Made by a program: the position numbers and the translations under genes
Origin: Candidatus Methanoperedenaceae archaeon
Lineage (GTDB): Archaea; Halobacteriota; Methanosarcinia; Methanosarcinales; Methanoperedenaceae
NCBI GenBank assembly: GCA_963753595.1
Contig: CAVWCX010000033.1
Span: 1 to 64,000 of the forward strand
Length of the DNA: 64,000 nucleotides
Direction of reading: 5' to 3'
Part shown: in pieces, positions 9,734 through 20,648 of the stretch
How the letters are laid out: each line of letters opens with the position of its first letter
How positions within the stretch are numbered: the stretch's first letter is position 1
The notes under the pieces: model-generated
Database searches by the model: none
What the model was told of the DNA's origin: nothing
The model's input: only the letters and a program-made list of their open reading frames with translations

Positions 9734-9979
9734 TTGAAAAGATTAGGAACTGTTCTACATGCTATCGATAAGTTACTGATAGTCCGCGCCGATAAAACAC
9801 TTGAATCAAATAGTCTATACCCGAATTCAATGGTTATTACAAAAACTATGAAAAGGATAGGCAGGGTAAAAGAACTTTTTGGCCCGGAGAAGAATCCCTA
9901 CATTTCTATCAGGTTATTCAATGAAATCAAAGACTCAGAAATAATGAAATTAAAAAAGGAAAGAGTCTATTTGGCATAA
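9734..9979 (+). CDS. gar1: H/ACA RNP component Gar1/Naf1
   Basis: MKRLGTVLH...[18 protein letters not shown]; directly upstream of tfb (conserved order). Confidence 0.88.
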   Translation: MKRLGTVLHAIDKLLIVRADKTLESNSLYPNSMVITKTMKRIGRVKELFGPEKNPYISIRLFNEIKDSEIMKLKKERVYLA

Positions 9980-9993
9980 AGGAAAGGTGTGAA

Positions 9994-11007
9994 ATGGCAG
10001 AAATTGAAAAAGTAAAGGAAATTGAGAAGACCGAACGAGAGATAATAAAAGAAGGCATCAGGCAGAAGAAAGAAAAAGAAAAAGTCGGTCAGTTCGAGAA
10101 AGCCACAGTGGAATGCCCCGAATGTAAGAGCCACGCCCTGGTTCATGATTATGAAAGGGCTGAACTTATCTGCAATGAATGCGGCCTGGTAGTTGATGCG
10201 GACTTTATTGACCAGGGTCCGGAATGGAGGGCTTTTGACCATGACCAGAGAATGAAACGGTCTCGTGTCGGTGCGCCAATGACCTATACTATTCATGATA
10301 AAGGATTATCCACTATGATAGACTGGAGAAACCGGGACTCATACGGAAAATCCATCTCCAGTAAGAGCAGGGCACAGTTATACCGCCTCAGGAAATGGCA
10401 GCGCCGTATACGCGTAAGCAATGCTACCGAGAGGAACCTTGCCTTTGCACTGTCAGAACTTGACAGGATGGCATCAGCGCTTGGATTATCCCAGAACGTA
10501 AGAGAAACAGCAGCCGTCGTATATCGAAAAGCCGTTGATAAGAACCTTATCAGGGGAAGAAGTATTGAAGGCGTTGCAGCAGCTGCTTTGTATTCGGCTT
10601 GCAGGCAGTGCAATGTCCCCAGGACCCTTGATGAGATCGGAGAAGTTTCAAGAGTGAGCAGGAAAGAGATCGGAAGAACATACAGGTTCATCTCAAGAGA
10701 ACTTGGCCTGAAACTTGTCCCGACATCGCCAATTGATTATGTGCCGCGTTTCTGCTCAGGACTGACACTTCGCGGAGAAGTCCAGTCAAAAGCAGTAGAA
10801 ATACTCAGGCAGGCATCAGAGAAAGAACTCACAAGCGGAAGAGGCCCGACAGGTGTTGCCGCAGCGGCGATATATATTTCCTCGATCCTTTGCGGTGACA
10901 GGAGAACACAGCGCGAAGTTGCTGAAGTCGCGGGCATAACCGAAGTGACAATAAGGAACCGCTACAAAGAATTGGCCGAGGAACTGGATATCGAAATTAT
11001 CCTCTAA
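9994..11007 (+). CDS. tfb: Transcription initiation factor IIB
   Basis: CPEC..CNECG Zn ribbon, [15 protein letters not shown], two cyclin repeats, [11 protein letters not shown]. Confidence 0.99.
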   Translation: MAEIEKVKEIEKTEREIIKEGIRQKKEKEKVGQFEKATVECPECKSHALVHDYERAELICNECGLVVDADFIDQGPEWRAFDHDQRMKRSRVGAPMTYTIHDKGLSTMIDWRNRDSYGKSISSKSRAQLYRLRKWQRRIRVSNATERNLAFALSELDRMASALGLSQNVRETAAVVYRKAVDKNLIRGRSIEGVAAAALYSACRQCNVPRTLDEIGEVSRVSRKEIGRTYRFISRELGLKLVPTSPIDYVPRFCSGLTLRGEVQSKAVEILRQASEKELTSGRGPTGVAAAAIYISSILCGDRRTQREVAEVAGITEVTIRNRYKELAEELDIEIIL

Positions 11008-11039
11008 ATTTTTAAGGTAGTGTCCATAGTTATTTTTTT

Positions 11040-11723
11040 ATGAAATTTGAGGAATGGGAACCGATATATAAAATGATCCTTGAGGATATGCATTTTGAAA
11101 GGATATATGATGAACATTCTGCACTTCTCCTTTCAAAAATGCTTGAAACAAAGGCCAGGAAAAAAATCTCTGATATCATTGAGATAGAACTCCTGCAGAA
11201 TGCCATCAATGGAAAGGATGTTCTTGTATGCGGGAAAGCGCCATGTCTTAAAGATGATATTAAGAAAAGAAATGATTTTAAAAAATTTGTGGTAATCGCT
11301 GCTGACGGTGCAACCAGTGTTCTGATGAACAACGGGATTACCCCTGATATAATCGTCACCGACCTTGATGGCAATATAGACGATGAAGCAAAAGCAAACG
11401 AACTTGGCGCTATTATGGTAGTGCATGCCCATGGCGATAACATTGATGCGGTGGGTGAAGAGGTGCCGCGCCTGAAAAGAGTGATCGGAACTACGCAATC
11501 AAAGCCCCTTAACAACGTATATAATTTTGGGGGATTAACTGATGGTGACAGGTGCGTGTTCCTTGCAAAAGAAATGGGAGCAAAGTCTATTACTCTAATA
11601 GGGTTTGATTTCAAAGACACAAATGTAACTCCTCTTAAGAAGAAAAAACTCATGTGGGCAGAAAAATTAATAAACATGATACTTGGTGAAGGGGATATTC
11701 AGCAGGCAAACTTGACGAGTTAG
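11040..11723 (+). CDS. mptE: 6-hydroxymethyl-7,8-dihydropterin pyrophosphokinase (DUF115)
   Basis: IAADGA, PDIIVTDLDG, VHAHGDN, GTTQ, NFGGLTDGDR, KKKKL.WA. Confidence 0.9.
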   Translation: MKFEEWEPIYKMILEDMHFERIYDEHSALLLSKMLETKARKKISDIIEIELLQNAINGKDVLVCGKAPCLKDDIKKRNDFKKFVVIAADGATSVLMNNGITPDIIVTDLDGNIDDEAKANELGAIMVVHAHGDNIDAVGEEVPRLKRVIGTTQSKPLNNVYNFGGLTDGDRCVFLAKEMGAKSITLIGFDFKDTNVTPLKKKKLMWAEKLINMILGEGDIQQANLTS

Positions 11724-11752
11724 CTTGAAAATCAAAAACAATAAACTGTTAG

Positions 11753-12712
11753 TTATCGCACAATATCCGGTTTCGTACAGACATCGAGTTTTTTACATAT
11801 TTCGCAATCTGTCTGGCATGGCTCGATATGGATCAATATCGAAAGATTTGGGATTTTTTCCTTAATTTCCTTTTCAAGATGATCGCAGAAATCATGAGCT
11901 TCCACAACATGCTGGTTTTTTGGCACGACAAGATGAAGATCCACAAATCTTTCAGCTCCCGACATTCGTGAGCGCAGGTTATGATATTCCGCATACTGGG
12001 AATAATGCTCGTGGATTATTGATTTAATAGTATCTTCTTCGTTATCTGAAAGTTTCACGTCCATGATGCCTGATACTGAACGTTTTGTCAGGTCATAGGA
12101 TGCCTTGAGGATGATAAGAGCCACAATTATGGCCATTAAAGGGTCAAAAATAGGATTTCCAGTGACCTGAATTAAGATAAGGCCTGTTAAAACACCAACC
12201 GATGTATAAACATCTGTAGTAAGATGATATGCGTCTGCTTCAAGAGCAATTGATTCGGCTTTCTTTGCAACTTTCATTATCCTTGCTGAAACATAAAAAT
12301 TAACAATTGTCGAGATACCCATGATAACGATACCAATTCCAATTAAGCTCGAATCAATTTCAATTGTTTCATTACCCAGGATCTTTACACTTGATTTATA
12401 AAGTATGATTATTGCTACAACGAAAATGAGAATTGCTTCTACTGTCCCGGATACATTTTCAAACTTGCCATGCCCGAACCTGTGTTCATCATCAGCCGGC
12501 TGTCCTGCTTTCTTGACAGAATAATTGGCTATGACAGCAGCCAAAAGATCAATGCCGGAATGGAGGGCTTCTGACAGGACACTTATCGAACCCATGAAAA
12601 AGCCGACAACGAGCTTCAAGATGAGTAATAAAGAATTGGAATAAATTGAGAGTCTTGCTACCGATGTTATTTCTTTATGGGCCGCAAAATATTTATTGTT
12701 CTTATCTGGCAT
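11753..12712 (-). CDS. Cation diffusion facilitator (FieF-like) metal efflux protein
   Basis: SEALHSGID, HRFGHGKFE, ADAYHLTTD, IHIEP. Confidence 0.93.
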   Translation of the reverse strand: MPDKNNKYFAAHKEITSVARLSIYSNSLLLILKLVVGFFMGSISVLSEALHSGIDLLAAVIANYSVKKAGQPADDEHRFGHGKFENVSGTVEAILIFVVAIIILYKSSVKILGNETIEIDSSLIGIGIVIMGISTIVNFYVSARIMKVAKKAESIALEADAYHLTTDVYTSVGVLTGLILIQVTGNPIFDPLMAIIVALIILKASYDLTKRSVSGIMDVKLSDNEEDTIKSIIHEHYSQYAEYHNLRSRMSGAERFVDLHLVVPKNQHVVEAHDFCDHLEKEIKEKIPNLSILIHIEPCQTDCEICKKLDVCTKPDIVR

Positions 12713-12843
12713 TTATTTTGTACTAAATTATAGTGAAAGTATAAAGGGATATCCCGAAAAAACATGGAAAACCAAACCTTTTAATATCGAAAGCAACAAA
12801 CCATAAATTGCCATAATACAATTAGTTAATGGAGGTTGAAATA

Positions 12844-13011
12844 ATGTGCAGTACATATACTGGATTCTCTATGATGCCTGATGATCTTGAAGAGATGAAG
12901 AAAGGAAGTTCGATGTTCTGGTGCGTTTCATGCAAGAAGACTTTTATGAAGAAGGGAGCAACAGAGTGCCCGAACTGCGGTTCAAAGAAGATAAAGGCAA
13001 AGGCGCTTTAG
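12844..13011 (+). CDS. Small zinc-ribbon protein
   Basis: GGAGG SD; CVSC...CPNCGS motifs. Confidence 0.7.
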   Translation: MCSTYTGFSMMPDDLEEMKKGSSMFWCVSCKKTFMKKGATECPNCGSKKIKAKAL

Positions 13012-13127
13012 TTTATAGTGAAGCTCCCAGTCGCAGCAGAGCTTGCGAGATATAACGGATAAATTAAAATAAATATTGCTGGAATTATAACCGTAATGTA
13101 TTTCATCCCTCTGATATATCCCTGAGT

Positions 13128-13946
13128 GTGTACCGAATTAAAATAAATGATTTTAACCTTGATCATTCCCTTTCATGCGGCCAGGTATTCAGGTGGGAAA
13201 AAAATGATTGGTGGACCGGGATAGTCAACGGGGCTATCGTCAGGGCTAAACAGGAAGATCAGGAACTGATAGTCGAATCATCACTAGATAAGGACTTAAT
13301 CACCGATTATTTCAGGCTTGATGATGATATACGGCAAATTTACTCTTCAATTAGCCGGGATGAAAAAATTGTATCTTTGATCAATAAATACAGGGGTCTG
13401 CGGCTCATCAGGCAGGACCCGTGGGAATGCCTTGTATCTTATATGTGCTCAAGCAACAATACGATCAGGAATATCACTAATTCCATACGGAAAATGAGTG
13501 AATGTTTCGGGAATGAGATCGAAAAGGGTTTTTATACTTTCCCTACGCCTGAAGCGCTTTCAGATGTCCCGCTTTGCGACATGTCACATTGCAAGCTTGG
13601 TTTTCGCGCTCCCCGTGTATTGAAATTAGCAAATAGTGTTGCAAATCGCGAATTTGACCTGTATGGGATCAAGGATTTGTCATACAGGAAAGGGCGGGAA
13701 GAACTTGTGGAAATTGAGGGTGTTGGAAATAAGATCGCGGATTGTGTGCTGCTTTTCGCATTCGGGAAGCTTGAATCTTTTCCCGTGGATACGCATATCG
13801 AACAGATAATGGAAAGGTATTATGGTTCTAATTTCAAAGGTCCAAAGAGCAAAAAGAGAGATGAAATGGCTGAATTTGCCAGGAGCTATTTTGGGAAATA
13901 TTGCGGATATGCGCAGGAGTATCTGTATCTGGAAGACCTGGGCTGA
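13128..13946 (+). CDS. ogg: 8-oxoguanine DNA glycosylase (OGG1-type HhH-GPD)
   Basis: LSCGQVFRW, GLRLIRQDPWECL, GVGNKIADCVLLF, FPVDTH, GYAQEYL. Confidence 0.92.
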   Translation: MYRIKINDFNLDHSLSCGQVFRWEKNDWWTGIVNGAIVRAKQEDQELIVESSLDKDLITDYFRLDDDIRQIYSSISRDEKIVSLINKYRGLRLIRQDPWECLVSYMCSSNNTIRNITNSIRKMSECFGNEIEKGFYTFPTPEALSDVPLCDMSHCKLGFRAPRVLKLANSVANREFDLYGIKDLSYRKGREELVEIEGVGNKIADCVLLFAFGKLESFPVDTHIEQIMERYYGSNFKGPKSKKRDEMAEFARSYFGKYCGYAQEYLYLEDLG

Positions 13947-14033
13947 AAATTTAATTCTGTAATTTTTCAATTGTCATATTATGCTCGCCAGATATGGGTA
14001 TCCTTAAATTATATGAATATCAATTAAGGCATT

Positions 14034-14501
14034 ATGATACATATCCTTGAAAATATCGATAAGTGGAAGTGTGAATATAAAAAATGCGGCGCTAAATGCT
14101 GCTCCGAAGGTATCCAGCTTACAATTGAGGATATAAAAAGGATCAAAGACATGGGATATTCACCAGAAGATTTTCTTGATTTTGATGAAAAAGAAAAAAT
14201 ATTCAAGATCAGGGGAAAAGAAGGAAAGTGCTTTTTTAATGGTTTGAAACTTGAATGCACGATACGTAATAACGAGCCGCTTGTGTGCCGTTTGCTTCCA
14301 TTTAAGATCATTGAGGTCTCATATTCCGATGAACCTTTAATGAAACTAAAACCTGTTGTGGATTGCCCTGGAGTGGGTCTGGGTAAGAAGATCGATAAAA
14401 AGAAAATCGAATCCGATGCAACATCCTTTATTCGTGAGAACCAGGAACTTATAAGAAATTTAAAGAAAAAGGGCAAGAAAGGTGTTATTGAAGCCCTGTA
14501 G
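14034..14501 (+). CDS. YkgJ family cysteine-cluster protein
   Basis: C..CGAKCC, CFF...CTI...PLVCRLLPF, CPGVG. Confidence 0.85.
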   Translation: MIHILENIDKWKCEYKKCGAKCCSEGIQLTIEDIKRIKDMGYSPEDFLDFDEKEKIFKIRGKEGKCFFNGLKLECTIRNNEPLVCRLLPFKIIEVSYSDEPLMKLKPVVDCPGVGLGKKIDKKKIESDATSFIRENQELIRNLKKKGKKGVIEAL

Positions 14502-14619
14502 TACAGGTTAGTTTTTTTAAAACGTTATGGCAGACAGTGGATTTTCCAGAGCCGGGGGCTCCTGTGATGGCGATTCGGATCATTAAAAAAAAAGAATTGG
14601 CTAAAACCAATTCATCGGG

Positions 14620-14853
14620 TTATACACTTCGAAGCTTGTGAGAGACCTGCTTTCCCAGATCCGTCAAAGCAAATTTTTTCCCTTCGCGTGCTACGAGGTT
14701 TTTTCCTTCCAATTCTTCTATTGTTTTTTCCGCCCCCACGATCCTCACTGTCTTTGCTATGGTTGCTCCATCCATTGAGCCTTTTGAATCCAGCACTGCA
14801 AGGATCTTGCTAGCCTTATGATTGCTTGCAACGTAACCGATCAGTTCTTCCAT
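14620..14853 (-). CDS. Small winged-helix DNA-binding protein
   Basis: ELIGYVAS...IL..L...IAK..RI....EL....LV......LTDLG. Confidence 0.75.
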   Translation of the reverse strand: MEELIGYVASNHKASKILAVLDSKGSMDGATIAKTVRIVGAEKTIEELEGKNLVAREGKKFALTDLGKQVSHKLRSV

Positions 14854-14930
14854 TAATTTTTCATCTCCTTTACCCTATATTGTCCTTCTTTTGAGATAAC
14901 TTTATTGCATTCGAGTAACATTACAAGCTC

Positions 14931-15243
14931 GGCGGGCTAGCCCGGATAACTCGGCGTTATCTGTAACCCGAAACCGTCGATAGCGGGGGGCGAAGCCAAA
15001 GGAAGAAGTTTTGACTATTGCATGGCCCACAGGTTCTACTGTGAAACCCCGTCCTATGGGGCTGGTGTTGGTACAAGGGCTTTCCTGAAGGAAGGTTTTT
15101 GTGCCTTAGTTGCGGAAAACGGTCTAGGCCCGGAAGGGAGCAAACCAGCCGTGAACAACTATCGCTCATGGGGGCGCGGGGCGGAGGCGAGTTTGTGGCA
15201 AACCGTGCAGTGGAAGGGGCTGCGACCGGAGGTGCGCTCGCTA
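14931..15243 (+). ncRNA. ffs: Archaeal signal recognition particle RNA (7S)
   Basis: ~310-nt GC-rich element; Alu-domain TGTAACC motif, helix-8 TCTAGGCCCGGAAGGGAGCA, pairing ends GCGGGC/GCTCGC, followed by TTTT. Confidence 0.92.
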
Positions 15244-15319
15244 CTTTTACAAGAAAAAGGATAGTTTTTCCAAGTCAGACGATGTGATCGCTTGGATATG
15301 GAGTTGCAAGTTCTACAAA

Positions 15320-16297
15320 TTATTGCGTTATCCCCGTCACCACATCTTTCTTAAAATCAAAAACAGTCACGCATTTATCATTATAACAAATATCAAGCTT
15401 TGAGGTATCATCAACTACCCCGATATTTGCAGCCGTATATCCTGCTTTTTCAAAAAGACAAATTACTTCCGATTCATTTTCAGGTAAAGCCGTGACTATA
15501 AAACCGGTCGCAGGATGGACTTTTAACCACTGGGTAAGATCAATGCCCTCTGGCGCATGTATATTCCCCAGGTCAACGCGGGCCCCTTTTCTGCTTGTTT
15601 CAAGAAGCATTCCAAGTGTACCGATAATCCCCGGATTGCTGATGTCCTTTCCAGCCGTAACAAGCTTTTTCTCGCCGATTTCCTGCATCACCCTGTATTT
15701 TGCGCGCACTTCTTCCGGTTCTTTTGCCGTGGTCGTGTCAAAACTGTAAGGAGAATTTGGCCCGACTTTCCCATCCATATCGATCGCTGATATTACAACG
15801 TCCCCTGCCTGCGCTGAGCCGCTTTTGATCTCACATCCCCTTTTTACCGTCCCAATGATGGCTACAGATAATGAAGTGTAGGGAGTATCGGGATGCATAT
15901 GCCCGCCAACCATGGGAACACCGAATTTCGCGATTCCATCCCTGATTCCCCTGAGAAGTTCCTTGCATGCGTTTTTATTATCAGAAGAGAGGACATTGAC
16001 CATCGCGACGGGTTTACCGCCCATAGCTGCGATATCATTGACATTCACAAGCACGGAAGTATATCCGGCCCACCAGGGGCTTGCATTCACAAGACGCCCC
16101 CAGATGCCATCAGCCGCAAAAAGAATATAATCATCCCCGCCGATATCAATTACGGCGGCGTCATCGCCAAAATCAACTACGGAACCGGAATATTCCGAGC
16201 GGACGGTCTGGAAAATATGTATGAGGTCTGCTATGGGTTTTTTCCTGGTCACGCCCTCGAATTCCCTGATTTCCTTTGCGATTTTCTCTAAGTCCAT
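15320..16297 (-). CDS. Methanogenesis marker 2 protein (AIR synthase/PurM-like)
   Basis: FEGVTRKKPI, FGDDAAVI, FAADGIW, LVNVNDIAAMGG, VGGHMHPD, GKDISNPG. Confidence 0.92.
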   Translation of the reverse strand: MDLEKIAKEIREFEGVTRKKPIADLIHIFQTVRSEYSGSVVDFGDDAAVIDIGGDDYILFAADGIWGRLVNASPWWAGYTSVLVNVNDIAAMGGKPVAMVNVLSSDNKNACKELLRGIRDGIAKFGVPMVGGHMHPDTPYTSLSVAIIGTVKRGCEIKSGSAQAGDVVISAIDMDGKVGPNSPYSFDTTTAKEPEEVRAKYRVMQEIGEKKLVTAGKDISNPGIIGTLGMLLETSRKGARVDLGNIHAPEGIDLTQWLKVHPATGFIVTALPENESEVICLFEKAGYTAANIGVVDDTSKLDICYNDKCVTVFDFKKDVVTGITQ

Positions 16298-16369
16298 GCA
16301 GCACACACCATGTAGCATTATTAATTATAATTTTCTGTGATTCTGATATAGACTATCCTACTCAATTGA

Positions 16370-16425
16370 TTAGGTTATCCGAAACATTTATAGATATGCA
16401 ATAACAATTAGTTAGGTATACCTAA
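16370..16425 (+). promoter_or_regulatory. Two DtxR/IdeR-type operator boxes flanking the TATA box of the iron-uptake operon
   Basis: Perfect palindrome TTAGGTATACCTAA (16412-16425) and degenerate TTAGGTTATCCGAA (16370-16383) around TTTATA (16387); DtxR gene in the operon. Confidence 0.75.
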
Positions 16426-16442
16426 TAAAAACTGTGAAAACT

Positions 16443-17306
16443 ATGTTAGCAAGCTTTTTAATAACATTCAGGGAAGCGCTTGAAGCAGCCCTGATAATCG
16501 GAATAATCGCAGCTTATGTCGCAAAGCTGGGAAGAAAAGACCTCAACCGCTATATTAATATTGGAATTATCAGCGCCCTTGTCGCAAGTTTAGCAGTGGC
16601 TTTTGTATTCAAAATGATCTATGGCGAACTTACAGGCACAGCAGAGCAACTTTTCGAAGGAACAGCCGCACTTCTGGCTGCCGTCGTCCTCACATACATG
16701 ATATTCTGGATGGCGGATAATTCAAAGAAGATAAAAGGTGAAGTCCATGAAAAAATAGACCTGTCCATTTCAAAGGGCCAGATGTTCGGAATTGCAGTTT
16801 TGTCCTTTGTCGCGGTTTTCAGGGAAGGCGTTGAGACCGTCCTGTTCCTTGGAACGCTGGCGATCCAGGCTCCTGTTGATACAATTTCAGGTTTTATAAT
16901 TGGCCTCATTCTCGTGATCGCTCTTTCATTCATAATGTTCAAAGGAATGTACAGGCTTGATGTGAGCAGATTCTTCAGATATACAAGCATATTGCTGATA
17001 ATTTTTTCAGCGGGTCTTGTAGCGGTAAGCGTTCATGAATTCAACGAAGCAGGTATCATACCCGGGGTAATTGATCACGTATGGGATGTAAACCCGCCCA
17101 AGAATCCTGACGGTTCATATCCGGCACTTCACGAGAACGGACTCATAGGAGGAAGCTTAAAAGCCCTCATGGGTTACAATGGCAATCCTTCGCTTACTGA
17201 AATCATTGCATACATTGGCTACTGGATAATAATCGGAATATTTGTATACAGGACTTACAAAGTAGGAACAACGGTGAAAGATGGAAGCAGATACCCCCAG
17301 GATTGA
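16443..17306 (+). CDS. FTR1 family iron permease
   Basis: Two RExxE motifs (FREALEA, FREGVET); about 7 TM helices. Confidence 0.94.
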   Translation: MLASFLITFREALEAALIIGIIAAYVAKLGRKDLNRYINIGIISALVASLAVAFVFKMIYGELTGTAEQLFEGTAALLAAVVLTYMIFWMADNSKKIKGEVHEKIDLSISKGQMFGIAVLSFVAVFREGVETVLFLGTLAIQAPVDTISGFIIGLILVIALSFIMFKGMYRLDVSRFFRYTSILLIIFSAGLVAVSVHEFNEAGIIPGVIDHVWDVNPPKNPDGSYPALHENGLIGGSLKALMGYNGNPSLTEIIAYIGYWIIIGIFVYRTYKVGTTVKDGSRYPQD

Positions 17307-17931
17307 AGAATATCTTGAATCGATATACAAATTGCAGCAGGAGCAGCATCCTGTAAGCACGTCGCGCCTTGCGGAGCACCTGAAACTGTCTCCTCCATCC
17401 GTATCCGAGATGGTGAAAAAACTTGCAAATAAGGGCCTGATAAATCACACCGGAAAGGGCGTATGCCTTACGGAAGAAGGCGGCAGGATGGCCAAAAAAG
17501 TCGTTCGAAGACACCGCCTTTCTGAGCGCCTGCTTACCGATATCCTGGGTTTTAAATGGGACGAGGTCCACGAGGAAGCGTGCAGGCTTGAACACGCAAT
17601 AAGCCCTGAGATGGAAGACAGGATAGCAGAAAGCCTTGGGAATCCAAAAACATGTCCTCACGGCCATCCCATCCCGGATAAGGACGGTTTGTTCGTAAAA
17701 GAAAAAGTGAGGCCGCTTTCAGATTTGAAAGCAAAGGAAAAGGCAATTATTGTCAATGTGTTCGAAGAGGACCCAAAAATGCTCCAGTACCTGGCATCAC
17801 TTGGATTGATCCCTGATGTTTGCGTCCGTGTCGAGGAGGTGGCGCCGTTCGGGGGGCCATTGATAGTTTGTGTTTCAGGTTCACGATATGCGCTTGGGAG
17901 AGAAGTAGCATCAAAAATAAAGGTAAAATAA
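17281..17931 (+). CDS. DtxR/IdeR family metal-dependent repressor with C-terminal FeoA domain
   Basis: EEYLESIY, PPSVSEM, RRHRLSERLL, HEEACRLEH, CPHGHPIP, C-terminal APFGGP. Confidence 0.95.
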   Translation: MEADTPRIEEYLESIYKLQQEQHPVSTSRLAEHLKLSPPSVSEMVKKLANKGLINHTGKGVCLTEEGGRMAKKVVRRHRLSERLLTDILGFKWDEVHEEACRLEHAISPEMEDRIAESLGNPKTCPHGHPIPDKDGLFVKEKVRPLSDLKAKEKAIIVNVFEEDPKMLQYLASLGLIPDVCVRVEEVAPFGGPLIVCVSGSRYALGREVASKIKVK

Positions 17932-17985
17932 AATAAAATAAGTTAGAATTGGATAGAACAGGATAAAATTGGATAGGATAAAATA

Positions 17986-19992
17986 ATGGCTCTTTCATGT
18001 CACAGTGCCCTGAAGGAAATAAAGGGCAATACTGATTTCACGTTTGCACTTGCTGGAAATCCCAATGTGGGAAAATCAAGCATATTTAACAGGCTGACCG
18101 GGATGGGTGTGGTCACTGCCAACTATCCCGGAAAAACCGTGGAACTCAACCTGGCAACCACGAATTTCAAAGACCAGCGGATAGGTATAATCGATCTTCC
18201 CGGCAGTTACGCCCTCGGCGCGGTCTCGGAAGACCAGTGGGTAGCGCGAAGGGCGGTCCTTGACTGTAAACCAGATGTGGTAATAATGATACTTGATGCC
18301 ACAAACCTTGCACGGAACCTCTACATGCTGATCCAGTTCATCGATCTTGGCATACCGATTGTGGCTGCTTTGAACCTGATTGATGAAGCCGAAAAAAGAA
18401 ATATCATTATCGATTCCGGGGAGTTGTCTTTGCTTCTTGGTATCCCTATCGTGAAGACAATAGCCACGACAGGCAGTGGTCTTGACGACCTGGTACAGAA
18501 AGCAGTGGATACTGCAAAAAATAAGGCCGGGATCAGGTATTCATTACATTATGGCGATGATATTGAAAATAATATCAGGAAACTTGAAGAAATTCTTATG
18601 CCTTATAACTTCGGAATAAATCCAAGGGCTCTTTCGATCATGCTTCTTGAAAATGATTCCGAATTTATTGAACTTGTGGGAAAGCATGAAAATGGCAGGT
18701 TCATACTTGAGGAAACTAATAAGATCAGCCGGGGAATTGAAGAATTACACGGCGAGAAAACCCCGTTAAGGATCGCACGTGAGAGACATGGGCTTGCAGG
18801 TTCGATAGCATCGCAGGTGCAGGGCGATGTACAACCCATAACATCTGATAAGATATGGGCATATACGACTTCACCTATTACCGGCATACCTCTTCTTATC
18901 GGAGTCCTTGCAATAATTTTTGCTTTCCTTTTTTACGGTGGTGACTGGCTTTCCACGTTTTTCAGTGGTCAATGGGCAACGTATGTATCGCCGGTCATTG
19001 ATGGCGCTGTTTACTCTGTTTTTGGAATCGGTATTATCGGAAAAATTTTCGTATGGGGTTTTGATGCCGGTATCCTTGCCGCTCTTGCTGTGGGTATCCC
19101 ATACGTACTTACGTTCTATTTCATGCTCGCTTTCCTTGAGGATTCAGGATACCTGAACTCCGTAGCGTTCCTTACAGACAGGCTGATGCATAAGTTCGGG
19201 CTTCACGGGCGTGCGATCATCCCGCTCGTTGCAGGAGCAGGCTGCAATGTGCCGGCAATAATAGGTACGCGCGTTCTCACAACGATGCGGGAGCGAACGA
19301 TCGCAAGTACGCTTATAACACTTATCCCGTGCAGCGCAAGAACAGCCGTTATCCTTGGCGCAGTGTCCCTGTTCGTGGGATGGAAGCCTGCTGTGGCTAT
19401 TTATCTTATCATATTTGCTCTTGTGTTCCTTGTAGGAGCAGGACTTAACAAAATAATGCCCGGAAAATCAACAGGGCTTGTCATGGAAATGTTCCCGTTC
19501 AGGATGCCGATCATATCAAACATATTGAAAAAGACCTGGTACAGGTTCAAAGACTTCGTATTCGTGGCTTTTCCGATAGTGCTTGTAGGGTCTATGGTGC
19601 TTGGCGGGCTTTACGAGACCGGATATCTCTGGAAACTGGCCTCACCGCTTTCTCCTGTAGTTGAAGGATGGCTGGGTCTTCCTGCTGTTGCCGGTCTTAC
19701 TCTGATATTTGCGGTCCTTCGAAAGGAACTTGCGCTACAACTGCTTGTTACTCTTGCAATGGTCATGTACGGAGGAGGCGCAAAGAACCTGCTGCTGTTC
19801 ATGACGCCTGCGCAATTATTCGTTTACGCGCTTGTGAATACGATTTATATCCCTTGTGTTGCCACTATCGCTGTACTTGGGCGGGAACTTGGCTGGAAAA
19901 GGGCATTTGGCATAATGGCATTCACTATTACACTTGCAATACTTATCGGCGGGATAGCTTTCAGGATAATAGGATATTACCACCTGTTATGA
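17986..19992 (+). CDS. feoB: Ferrous iron transporter B
   Basis: GNPNVGKS, NYPGKTVE, DLPG, LEDSGY, GCNVPA, PCSAR, YIPCVATI. Confidence 0.97.
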   Translation: MALSCHSALKEIKGNTDFTFALAGNPNVGKSSIFNRLTGMGVVTANYPGKTVELNLATTNFKDQRIGIIDLPGSYALGAVSEDQWVARRAVLDCKPDVVIMILDATNLARNLYMLIQFIDLGIPIVAALNLIDEAEKRNIIIDSGELSLLLGIPIVKTIATTGSGLDDLVQKAVDTAKNKAGIRYSLHYGDDIENNIRKLEEILMPYNFGINPRALSIMLLENDSEFIELVGKHENGRFILEETNKISRGIEELHGEKTPLRIARERHGLAGSIASQVQGDVQPITSDKIWAYTTSPITGIPLLIGVLAIIFAFLFYGGDWLSTFFSGQWATYVSPVIDGAVYSVFGIGIIGKIFVWGFDAGILAALAVGIPYVLTFYFMLAFLEDSGYLNSVAFLTDRLMHKFGLHGRAIIPLVAGAGCNVPAIIGTRVLTTMRERTIASTLITLIPCSARTAVILGAVSLFVGWKPAVAIYLIIFALVFLVGAGLNKIMPGKSTGLVMEMFPFRMPIISNILKKTWYRFKDFVFVAFPIVLVGSMVLGGLYETGYLWKLASPLSPVVEGWLGLPAVAGLTLIFAVLRKELALQLLVTLAMVMYGGGAKNLLLFMTPAQLFVYALVNTIYIPCVATIAVLGRELGWKRAFGIMAFTITLAILIGGIAFRIIGYYHLL

Positions 19993-19996
19993 AAAT

Positions 19997-20132
19997 ATGA
20001 AAACACAATGTCCTCTTTGCGGAGCCAGGTTTGATGATAGCGGATAATCAAGGATGCAAGGCATGTCCAAGATTCATGAAATGCAGCCTGGTATTATGTC
20101 CTAATTGCGGTCATGAATTCCCGAAAACTTAA
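19997..20132 (+). CDS. Small Cys-rich FeoB-associated protein (one indel)
   Basis: MKTQCPLCGARF, then after a shift GCKACP...C.LVLCPNCGHEFP. Confidence 0.6.
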
Positions 20133-20648
20133 CAAATATAACTTGCGCTTTCCCTGTCAAAACCACCCACAAGCTCCATTTTCATATCATCCGGCTGCCA
20201 TGTTGCACCAGGATAAACAAGATTATGGAAGAAGTGCGCCGTATTCGCAGCGATCCTGGTCGCAAGATGCTCTTCCCCGAATACTTCTTTTGTGATCTTA
20301 TGGGCCATCTGCCTGACATCATTTTCATCCATATACCCCAGCGTGTGCAGGTATTCATGGAGAAGGACATGGAAAGTATAAGGTTTGTAAAGCTCAAGTC
20401 TTGTCTCTTTTATCCTATCAAGAGGGATCTTGTTCATCACAATGACATTTGAACCGACTGGATAGAAAGCCCCGAAAAATCCCTGGGGATCATTCCCGAG
20501 ATTGGCAAGCCCCAGCATCAGGCCTCCGGCTTTTTCTCTGGCATTCCCAGACAGCGGCTTTCACCACTTCAAAGATATCCGGCAGGCTCTTTGCGTTTTC
20601 AAGGCGGGTATTGAAGTCTTTCTTTGGTTTGAAATTTTCAGGGGTCAT
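20129..20648 (-). CDS. Hypothetical zincin-like protein (HEXXH), frameshifted near 20520
   Basis: DIFEVVK.AV...R; LGLANLG..GAF..VGSNVIVMN; LLHEYLHTLG. Confidence 0.7.

Noticed and set aside
14957-15287. Three short ORFs in the ORF track
   Set aside because: They overlap the SRP RNA and are by-products of its GC-rich sequence
17925-17985. Short AAAAT/GGATA repeats between dtxR and feoB
   Set aside because: Low-complexity purine-rich spacer with no clear structure
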